Assembly: GCF_900289195.1 (NCBI RefSeq)
Contig: NZ_OMOH01000014.1
Coordinates: 1-32,000, forward strand
Length of the DNA stretch: 32,000 nt
Source of the DNA: Propionibacterium ruminifibrarum
GTDB lineage: Bacteria > Actinomycetota > Actinomycetes > Propionibacteriales > Propionibacteriaceae
Reading direction: 5' to 3'
A model generated the notes under the pieces. The model made no database searches. It saw nothing but the letters and a program-made list of their open reading frames with translations, and had not been told where the DNA came from. Position 1 is the first letter of the stretch, and the number at the start of each line of letters is the position of its first letter. The position numbers and the translations under genes were made by a program. This document shows, piece by piece, positions 25,360 to 32,000 of this stretch.

Positions 25360-26439
25360 TCAGGAGATCCTCTCGGTGGTCGTCTTGTCGAAGACGTGCA
25401 CCTTCGCGGGGTCGATGTGCAGGAGGACCCGCTCGCCACGGGACGGGGGAGTGCGGGTCGTGACCCGGGCGACGACCTGCTGGTCGTGGGGGACGCCGGT
25501 CAGCGAGCCGTACAGGTACGAGTCGGCGCCGGTCTCCTCGACCGCATTGACCGTCATCGTGAGCCCCTCGCCGGTGGGCGAGAGCTCGAAGTTCTCCGGC
25601 CTCACCCCCAGGACCACATCGGCGCCGGTGGCGCGCTCGGTGGTCTCCCGCGGAACGGGGAGCACAAGATCGCCGAGCTCGACGCCGCCGTCGACGACCC
25701 TGGCCGGGAGCAGATTCATCGCGGGCGAGCCGATGAAACCGGCCACGAAGAGGTTCTTCGGGCTGTCGTACAGGGCGAGCGGGCGGTCGACCTGCTGCAG
25801 CTTGCCGTCCTTCATGACCGCGACACGATCGCCCATCGTCATGGCCTCGACCTGATCGTGGGTGACGTAGACGGTGGTGACGCCCAGACGGGTCTGCAGG
25901 GCGGCGATCTGGGTGCGGGTCTGCACGCGGAGCCTGGCGTCGAGATTGCTGAGCGGCTCGTCCATGAGGAAGACCTGCGGGTCGCGGACGATCGCGCGGC
26001 CCATGGCGACGCGCTGGCGCTGGCCGCCTGACAGGTTCTTCGGCTTGCGGGTGAGCAGGTCCTCGAGTCCGAGCAGCTTGGCGGCCTCGAGCACCCGGCT
26101 CTCGCGCTCGTCCTTGGCCACGCCCTTCATCTTGAGCGCGAAACCCATGTTGTCCGCGACGGTCATGTGCGGGTAGAGCGCGTAGTTCTGGAAGACCATG
26201 GCGACGTCGCGGTCCTTCGGTGCCAGACCGGTGACGTCCTGGTCGCCGATCCACACCGAGCCGGAGTTGACCTCTTCCAGCCCGGCGAGCATGCGCAGCG
26301 ATGTCGACTTCCCGCAGCCGGACGGGCCGACGAGCACCATGAACTCGCCGTCCCCGATCTCGAGGTTGAGCTTGTCGACCGCCGCATGGTCGGCGCCGGG
26401 ATAGATACGGGTAGCGTCCTTGTAACTGACAGTGGCCAT
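25360..26439 (-). CDS. msiK: Sugar ABC-transporter ATP-binding protein (MsiK/UgpC/MalK type), not adjacent to permease genes
   Basis: ATG at 26439 (MATVSYKDATRIYPG...). Walker A GPSGCGKST, signature LSGGQRQR, Walker B FLMDEPLSNLD, and a MalK-like C-terminal regulatory domain. Confidence 0.9.
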   Translation of the reverse strand: MATVSYKDATRIYPGADHAAVDKLNLEIGDGEFMVLVGPSGCGKSTSLRMLAGLEEVNSGSVWIGDQDVTGLAPKDRDVAMVFQNYALYPHMTVADNMGFALKMKGVAKDERESRVLEAAKLLGLEDLLTRKPKNLSGGQRQRVAMGRAIVRDPQVFLMDEPLSNLDARLRVQTRTQIAALQTRLGVTTVYVTHDQVEAMTMGDRVAVMKDGKLQQVDRPLALYDSPKNLFVAGFIGSPAMNLLPARVVDGGVELGDLVLPVPRETTERATGADVVLGVRPENFELSPTGEGLTMTVNAVEETGADSYLYGSLTGVPHDQQVVARVTTRTPPSRGERVLLHIDPAKVHVFDKTTTERIS

Positions 26440-26459
26440 GAGCCACCACACCTTTCCAC

Positions 26460-26537
26460 GGGCAGGAACGTGCCCGACGATCCGTAGTAGAGCAGGACGA
26501 AGGACGTCTTCGTCCGCACCCGTATTCTCGCATACGG
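26460..26537 (-). promoter_or_regulatory. Three consecutive stem-loops in the msiK 5' leader (candidate msiK RNA motif)
   Basis: GGGCA/TGCCC (26460-26475), a perfect 8-bp GGACGAAG/CTTCGTCC (26495-26515) and CCGTAT/ATACGG (26520-26537), all within 100 nt upstream of the msiK start on its strand. Confidence 0.35.
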
Positions 26538-26880
26538 CGGGCGGCCGGTCATGAGAGCTGCGGCGCTCGGTCCCCCCACCCCTCACCCAGAGCTTTCTTG
26601 CCACATCCGTCGCTCTCGGGCATCATTGTCCCGTGGAATTTCCTCTGATGCGCACCTTCGCCGCTGGTTGTCGAATGACCAGCGCCATGTGTCACATCTG
26701 CTGACCCGGCTGTCGCGCCTGGTCGGGCCGACCGGCGCGTTGACACATGGCGTCAAGGCCCAGAGGCATCCGCCCCTGCCGATCCCCTGCCCAAGGACGA
26801 GTGCGGCTGCGGGCCGTCCCACATCCCTTCTTCGACAATCCATCACGGCCGCAGTGTGGCCTCAACGGGAGGTAGTACAG

Positions 26881-27993
26881 GTGATCGAACTCACCGGCGT
26901 CAACGTGACCTTCCCCGGGCACAGTCCCGGGGAGCGGATCCACGCGGTACGCGACGTCGATCTGACCGTCAACGACGGTGACGTCTACGGCATCGTCGGC
27001 TACTCAGGGGCAGGCAAGTCCACCCTCGTACGGACGATCAACCTGCTGCAGCGCCCCACGTCGGGTTCGGTCAGGGTCGACGGGCAGGAGATGACCATGC
27101 TCACGCCGACCCAGCTGCGCACCGCCCGCAAACGCATCGGCATGATCTTCCAGCACTTCAACCTGTTGGGATCGCGCACCCTGTTCGACAACGTCGCCTA
27201 CCCGCTCAGGGGCAACGGCCGGACGAAGAGCGAGATCCACGCCCGCGTCATGGACCTGCTCGACCTGGTCGGCATGGCCGACCGGGTCGGCGCCTACCCG
27301 AGTCAGCTGTCCGGCGGCCAGCGCCAGCGCGTGGCCATCGCCCGCGCCCTGGCGAACGATCCCACGGTGCTGCTCTGCGACGAGGCCACCAGCGCCCTCG
27401 ACCCGAAGACCACCAGCGGAATCCTCGACCTGCTCGGCCGGCTCAACGCCCGGACCGGGCTGACGATCGTCCTCATCACCCACGAGATGGGCGTCATCAA
27501 GCAGATCTGCTCCGACGTGGCCGTCATGGAGGACGGCCGCATCATCGAGCGGGGCTCGGCCGTCGACGTCTTCACGAACCCGCAGCAGCCGCTCACCCGC
27601 GACTTCATCGACACCGCGAACCACGTCGACGCCGGCATCACGACGGTCATCACCCACCCCGACCTGATCCGGCTCGGCAACGGCGACCGTCTCGTCTCCC
27701 TGCAGTTCGCCGGTGGCTCCACCGGCGACCCGATGGTCGCCACGCTGGCCCGCGACTACAACGTCAACGCGAACATCCTGTTCGCCAACGTCGAGGTCAT
27801 CGCGGGCACGCCGGTGGGGAATCTGCTGCTCAGCCTGTCGGGCGCCCAGCCCGACCTGGACGCGGCGGAGGCCTGGCTGGCCCGTTCCGGCGTGCGCGTC
27901 CACAACTACAGCGAGGCCGAGATCGAATCCATCCGGCGCCGCGCCACCGATGAACCCGGAACCCCCGGCGACGACCAGGAGGAACAGCGATGA
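26881..27993 (+). CDS. metN: Methionine ABC transporter ATP-binding protein with a C-terminal NIL domain
   Basis: GTG at 26881 after a GGGAGG SD (VIELTGVNVTFPG...). GYSGAGKST, LSGGQRQRVAIARAL and LLCDEATSALD motifs. The 330-nt upstream in-frame extension in the ORF track has poor GC3 and is rejected. Confidence 0.9.
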   Translation: MIELTGVNVTFPGHSPGERIHAVRDVDLTVNDGDVYGIVGYSGAGKSTLVRTINLLQRPTSGSVRVDGQEMTMLTPTQLRTARKRIGMIFQHFNLLGSRTLFDNVAYPLRGNGRTKSEIHARVMDLLDLVGMADRVGAYPSQLSGGQRQRVAIARALANDPTVLLCDEATSALDPKTTSGILDLLGRLNARTGLTIVLITHEMGVIKQICSDVAVMEDGRIIERGSAVDVFTNPQQPLTRDFIDTANHVDAGITTVITHPDLIRLGNGDRLVSLQFAGGSTGDPMVATLARDYNVNANILFANVEVIAGTPVGNLLLSLSGAQPDLDAAEAWLARSGVRVHNYSEAEIESIRRRATDEPGTPGDDQEEQR

Positions 27994-28682
27994 TCGACTG
28001 GCTCACCAACGCGGCGCACGTCCTCCTGCCGAACGTTTCGAGCAGACCCGGCGACCTGTGGGACGCCACCGTCGAGACCTGCTACATGACGGCCGTCTCG
28101 GCGCTCATCGCCGGCGTGCTGGGCATCATCCTGGGCACGCTCCTGGTCGTCGTCGACCGGCGCGGCATCCTGCCGCACCCGGTGCTGTACTGGGTGCTCG
28201 ACAAGCTCGTGAACCTGTTCCGCTCGATCCCGTTCGTCATCCTCATCGCCCTGGTCGGCCCGCTCACCCGCATCCTGACGGGCACGACGATCGGCACCAC
28301 GGCCGCCCTCGTCCCGCTCGTCATCGGCACGGTGCCGTTCTACGCCCGCCAGATCCAGAACGCGGTGCTCGAGGTCGACCCGGGCGTCATCGAGGCGGCC
28401 CAGGCGATGGGCTCCGGCCCGATGGAGATCATCTTCCGCGTCTACCTGCGCGAGGCCCGGCCCGGCATCATCCGCGTCTCGGCGCTGACGATCATCAGCC
28501 TCATCGGACTCACGACGATGGCCGGCATCGTCGGCGGCGGCGGCCTGGGCGATCTGGCGATCTCCCGCGGCTACAACCGATTCCAGACCGACGTCACCAT
28601 CGTCTGCACGCTCGTCATCCTCGTCCTCGTCTACGTCTCCCAGGCGATCGCCGACTTCCTGGTCAAGCGCGTCACCCACTGA
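27990..28682 (+). CDS. metI: Methionine ABC transporter permease
   Basis: 230 aa. Its ATG overlaps the metN stop (ATGA). Typical MetI membrane topology and an EAA-like loop (...EAAQAMGSGPMEIIFRVYLREARPG...). Confidence 0.9.
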   Translation: MIDWLTNAAHVLLPNVSSRPGDLWDATVETCYMTAVSALIAGVLGIILGTLLVVVDRRGILPHPVLYWVLDKLVNLFRSIPFVILIALVGPLTRILTGTTIGTTAALVPLVIGTVPFYARQIQNAVLEVDPGVIEAAQAMGSGPMEIIFRVYLREARPGIIRVSALTIISLIGLTTMAGIVGGGGLGDLAISRGYNRFQTDVTIVCTLVILVLVYVSQAIADFLVKRVTH

Positions 28683-28717
28683 ACACACTCGACAACTTCT
28701 ATCGTGAAGGAGAACTC

Positions 28718-29599
28718 ATGAAGCTCAAGCTCGCGGCCGCCGGGTTGGCCGCCGTCCTGTCCGTCGGCCTGGTCGGCTGCTCCGGCTCGTCCTCGGACTC
28801 CTCGTCCGGGGCGGACCAGGAGCGGGTCACCGTGAAGGTCGGTGTCGTCGGTGACAACAACGAACCGTGGGAGACCGCCGCCGAGGCGCTGGAGGAGAAC
28901 GAGAACATCGAGATCGAGCTGGTGAAGTTCTCCGACTACGTGCAGCCGAACCAGGCGCTGAGTGACGGTTCGGTCGACCTGAACAGCTTCCAGACCCAGA
29001 TCTACCTGGAGACCTACAACTCCGAGCACGGCACCGACCTCACCTCCATCGGCTACACCCTCATGGCCCCGCTCGGCATCTACTCCAACGAGGTCGACTC
29101 GGTCGACGAGCTGCCCGACGGGGCCACCGTGTCCATCCCGGACGACGCCTCCAACGGGGGCCGGGCCCTCAAGCTGCTCGAGAAGGCGGGGCTCATCACC
29201 GTCGACCCCGCCGCGGGGTTGACCCCGACCACCGATGACATCACCGACAACCCGAAGAACCTGCAGATCACCGAGCTCGACGCCGCGCAGACCGCCCGCT
29301 CGCTGGAGGACGTGGACGCCGCGGTCATCAACTCCGGCATGGCCGTCGACGCGGGGCTGATCCCGAGCACCGATTCGATCTTCATCGAGGAGGTCGGTGA
29401 GGAGTCCACGCCGTACTACAACGTCATCGCGGCCCGCGCCGAGGACACCGACAACGAGACCTACAAGAAGGTCGTGGAGTACTACCAGAGTGACGCGGTC
29501 GCCCAGACCATCACCGAGTCCACCAAGGGCTCCCAGATCGCCGTCTGGGACGGTGCCCCGTCGGCCTCCCCGAGCGCCGCGCAGAGCACAGCGGCCTGA
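28718..29599 (+). CDS. metQ: MetQ/NlpA-family substrate-binding lipoprotein, copy 1
   Basis: ATG at 28718 after a GAAGGAG SD. Signal peptide with lipobox LVGC. ...FSDYVQPNQALSDGSVDLNSFQ... is typical of MetQ. Confidence 0.9.
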   Translation: MKLKLAAAGLAAVLSVGLVGCSGSSSDSSSGADQERVTVKVGVVGDNNEPWETAAEALEENENIEIELVKFSDYVQPNQALSDGSVDLNSFQTQIYLETYNSEHGTDLTSIGYTLMAPLGIYSNEVDSVDELPDGATVSIPDDASNGGRALKLLEKAGLITVDPAAGLTPTTDDITDNPKNLQITELDAAQTARSLEDVDAAVINSGMAVDAGLIPSTDSIFIEEVGEESTPYYNVIAARAEDTDNETYKKVVEYYQSDAVAQTITESTKGSQIAVWDGAPSASPSAAQSTAA

Positions 29600-29713
29600 C
29601 ACGACTCGTCCCGCACGTGACCGGCTCGTCGCCCAGCGGATCCGCGGCGGGCCCGTCACCCGGGACATCGCATCGCACGAAACCGAACAGCACATCGCAG
29701 GGAAGGAACCGTC

Positions 29714-30580
29714 ATGAAGCTCAAGCTCGCGGCCGCAGGGTTGGCCGCCGTCCTGTCCGTCAGCCTGGTCGGCTGCTCCGGATCGTCCTCGGACAGTGAG
29801 GAGACCACCACCGTCAAGGTCGGTGTCTACGGTGACAACAACGAGCCGTGGGAGACCGCCGCGGCGAACCTGGAGGAGAACGAGAACATCGAGATCGAGC
29901 TGGTGAAGTTCTCCGACTACGTGCAGCCGAACCAGGCCCTGTCGGACGGTTCGGTCGACCTGAACAGCTTCCAGACCCAGATCTACCTGGAGACCTACAA
30001 CTCCGAGCACGGCACCGACCTCACCTCCATCGGCTACACGATCATCGAGCCCATGGGCCTGTACTCGAACACCTACGACGACCTCGACGCGCTGCCCGAC
30101 GGGGCCACCGTGACCATCCCGAACGACGTCTCCAACGGGGGCCGGGCCCTCAAGCTGCTCGAGAAGGCCGGGCTCATCACCGTTGATCCCGAGGCCGGCG
30201 TGACCGGCACGAAGGAGGACATCACCGACAACCCGAAGAACCTGCAGATCACCGAGCTCGACGCCGCGCAGACCGCCCGCTCCCTGAGCGACAGCGACCT
30301 GGCCGCCATCAACGCGGACATCGCGGTCGACGCCGGCCTGCTGCCCAGCGAGGACGCGCTGCTGCGCGAGGAGGTCGGTGAGGAGTCGGCGCCGTACTAC
30401 AACGTCATCGCGGCCCGCGCCGAGGACACCGACAACGAGACCTACAAGAAGGTCGTGGAGTACTTCCAGACCGAGGAGGTGGCCCAGACCATCGCCGACG
30501 CCTACAAGGGCTCGCAGTTCCCCGTGTGGGAGGGCGCCCCGTCCCTCAGCCCGAGCGCCGCGCAGAGCACGGCGGCCTGA
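29714..30580 (+). CDS. metQ: MetQ/NlpA-family substrate-binding lipoprotein, copy 2 (tandem paralog)
   Basis: 288 aa with the same signal peptide and lipobox. Long stretches are identical to copy 1 at the nucleotide level. Confidence 0.9.
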   Translation: MKLKLAAAGLAAVLSVSLVGCSGSSSDSEETTTVKVGVYGDNNEPWETAAANLEENENIEIELVKFSDYVQPNQALSDGSVDLNSFQTQIYLETYNSEHGTDLTSIGYTIIEPMGLYSNTYDDLDALPDGATVTIPNDVSNGGRALKLLEKAGLITVDPEAGVTGTKEDITDNPKNLQITELDAAQTARSLSDSDLAAINADIAVDAGLLPSEDALLREEVGEESAPYYNVIAARAEDTDNETYKKVVEYFQTEEVAQTIADAYKGSQFPVWEGAPSLSPSAAQSTAA

Positions 30581-30660
30581 CCGGCGCGTTCACAACCATC
30601 CGGCGGCCCGGGCCGGCGGGAGCCCCGCAGGCCCGGGTCACCACAGCAACGGAAGACACC

Positions 30661-31851
30661 ATGAGTTTCACCCAGCAGGGCATCCACGCCGAGATCGAGG
30701 CGCTCACCGGGCGCATCATCGCCGACCGGCGTCATCTTCACCAGCACGCCGAGACGAGCCTGAAGGAGTTCGGCACGGCGAAGTACATCGCCGACCGTCT
30801 CGATGAGCTGGGCATCGGCCACGTCAAGGTCGGCGAGACCGGCGTGCTCGGCACCCTCGAGGGCGCCGGCCCGGGCAGGACGCTCATGCTGCGCGCCGAC
30901 ATCGACGCCCTGCCGCTGCGCGACGGGTGCGGCGCCGAGTGGGCCAACACGACCAGCGAGGCCAACCACGCCTGCGGACACGACGGCCACGTCAGCGCCC
31001 TGCTGGCCGCCGCCGAGGTGCTCGCGGCGCACCGCGCCGACTTCAACGGCACCATCAAGTTCGCCTTCCAGCAGGCCGAGGAGATCGGAGCCGGCGGCCT
31101 CATCTTCGAGAAGCAGGGCGTCCTCGAAGGCCTCGACCAGGTCTTCGGCCTCCACCTGTCCTCCGAACTCCCGGTGGGCACGGTCAGCGCGACCGCCGGC
31201 CCCCAGTGGGCCAGCGTCGACCACTTCTCGATCGACGTGCACGGCAAGGGCGGCCACGTCTCCAGGCCGCACCTGTGCCGTGACGCGCTCGTCGCGGGCG
31301 CCTCGATCGTCGTCGAGGCCCAGCAGATCGTGTCCCGCGAACTCGACCCCTTCGCCGAGGCCGTCGTGGGCATCGGCACGTTCACCTCGGGCGAGAACTA
31401 CAACATCATCGCCTCGTCGGCGCACATCGAGGGCACCGTGCGCGCCTTCGACGAGCAGGTGCGCGCCACCGTGCTGGCCTCGCTCGAACGCATCGCCGAC
31501 GCCACGGCCCGTGCCCACAACACGACCGCCGAGTTCACCCGCACCGTCTACGCCGACGTCCTCGACAACGACCCCGAGGCGGCGCGCTTCGCCGCCCGGG
31601 TGGCCCTCGAGGTGCCGGGCGTCGAGCAGGTCGTCACCAACAGCCCCAAGAGCGCAGGCGGCGACGACTTCGCGGTCTTCCTGCACCATGCGCCAGGCGT
31701 CTACGCCCGGGTCGGTTCCGGCGGCACCCCCGCCACGAGCCACCCGCACCACACCTACGAGTTCGCGCTCGACGAGGCGGCCCTGCCGATCGCCGCAGAG
31801 CTGCACGCCGGCTACACGCTGCGCTGGCTGGCCGGCGGCTACGAGGGCTGA
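30661..31851 (+). CDS. M20-family amidohydrolase (N-acyl-L-amino-acid amidohydrolase / HipO-like)
   Basis: ATG at 30661 (MSFTQQGIHAEIEALTGRIIADRRHLHQHAE...). LMLRADIDALP and ACGHDGH motifs are typical of the M20D subfamily. Confidence 0.9.
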   Translation: MSFTQQGIHAEIEALTGRIIADRRHLHQHAETSLKEFGTAKYIADRLDELGIGHVKVGETGVLGTLEGAGPGRTLMLRADIDALPLRDGCGAEWANTTSEANHACGHDGHVSALLAAAEVLAAHRADFNGTIKFAFQQAEEIGAGGLIFEKQGVLEGLDQVFGLHLSSELPVGTVSATAGPQWASVDHFSIDVHGKGGHVSRPHLCRDALVAGASIVVEAQQIVSRELDPFAEAVVGIGTFTSGENYNIIASSAHIEGTVRAFDEQVRATVLASLERIADATARAHNTTAEFTRTVYADVLDNDPEAARFAARVALEVPGVEQVVTNSPKSAGGDDFAVFLHHAPGVYARVGSGGTPATSHPHHTYEFALDEAALPIAAELHAGYTLRWLAGGYEG

Positions 31852-31872
31852 CCCGCCCCGTACCGAACCGAT

Positions 31873-31914
31873 CGAGGCCCCGCACCCGACAATCCGACGG
31901 GTAGCGGGGCCTCG
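31873..31914 (+). terminator. Hairpin terminator after the amidohydrolase (may serve both convergent genes)
   Basis: CGAGGCCCCGCACCCG (31873-31888) pairs with CGGGT-A-GCGGGGCCTCG (31898-31914): 16 bp with one bulge. Confidence 0.65.
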
Positions 31915-31935
31915 CGCACCCCAGGGGCGAGACGC

Positions 31936-32000
31936 TCAGCGCACGCTCCAGCGGGCGGTCCGCCAGAAGTCCTGCACCAGCGCGGCGAACATGCCGTCAC
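31936..32000 (-). CDS. 3' end of an unidentified convergent gene (truncated by the window edge)
   Basis: The reverse strand reads ...DGMFAALVQDFWRTARWSVR* with its stop at 31936-31938. It is too short to classify. Confidence 0.3.
   Translation of the reverse strand, partial: DGMFAALVQDFWRTARWSVR

Larger units (their letters stand above)
28718..30580 (+). repeat. Tandem direct duplication of the metQ coding unit (mosaic identity)
   Basis: Perfect runs at a constant 981-nt offset: 28889-28956 = 29870-29937 (68 nt) and 28964-29058 = 29945-30039 (95 nt). The start codons are 996 nt apart, because copy 1 has 5 extra codons in the post-lipobox linker. Identity stops right at the ATG and just after the TGA. 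Confidence 0.85.

Noticed and set aside
26551-26880. N-terminal 110-codon extension of MetN given by the ORF track
   Set aside because: This stretch has many NNT/NNA codons, unlike the strong GC3 bias of real genes here. MetN homologs start at the ...IEL.GV.K.F motif, and a GGGAGG SD precedes GTG 26881.
26541-26880. Canonical SAM-I (S-box) or SAM-IV riboswitch upstream of metN
   Set aside because: I searched by eye for the conserved GCAACC, GAGGGA and GGUGC.AA.UCC core elements and did not find them. Only the P1-like ends resemble SAM-IV. It is reported instead as an unclassified structured leader.
1-32000. CRISPR arrays, tRNA/rRNA genes, IS elements, integrases or phage genes flanking the toxin island
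   Set aside because: I saw no short regularly spaced repeats, no tRNA-like cloverleaf candidates in intergenic gaps, and no transposase or recombinase-like ORFs. The island's mobility can only be inferred from composition.

Overview
High-GC actinobacterial chromosome segment, possibly Propionibacteriales-like (a guess from gene content only). All functional calls come from reading the ORF translations and motifs by eye; no database search was run.

About 29 kb is ordinary, densely packed core metabolism:
- a PadR regulator plus an ABC1/UbiB-type kinase
- a Gat-family PTS (EIIA, EIIC, EIIB) with a Zn-dehydrogenase, a divergent PRD/MtlR-type regulator and a class II aldolase
- asparaginase plus an amino-acid permease
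- the overlapping cysS-rlmB pair
- a GntR/FadR regulator divergent from lldP-lutABC (lactate utilisation)
- a small acidic hypothetical protein convergent with a DUF4032 kinase-like protein
- a Cys/Met PLP enzyme
- an orphan MsiK-type sugar ABC ATPase
- metN-metI-metQ-metQ followed by an M20 amidohydrolase

The only clearly accessory part is the first ~2.6 kb, which looks like the distal end of a polymorphic-toxin locus:
- the 3' end of an upstream ORF (2-286)
- a start-less, RBS-less orphan toxin tip with an HxxD motif (Ntox15/Tde-DNase-like, 331-636)
- two tandem paralogous ~150-aa genes of an unrecognised family (653-1122 and 1122-1568), the first broken by a 1-nt deletion in a G6 run
- a 322-aa composite protein whose C-terminal half looks like a GAD-like + DUF1851 (Tdi1-type) immunity module (1653-2621)

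The toxin tip and the two small genes sit in a markedly AT-richer patch than the rest of the window.

Secondary points of interest are candidate cis-regulatory RNA structures around the msiK/metN divergent region and upstream of the metB-like gene, a mosaic tandem metQ duplication, and several strong U-tract-less hairpin terminators. I saw no CRISPR array, tRNA/rRNA, transposase or integrase.
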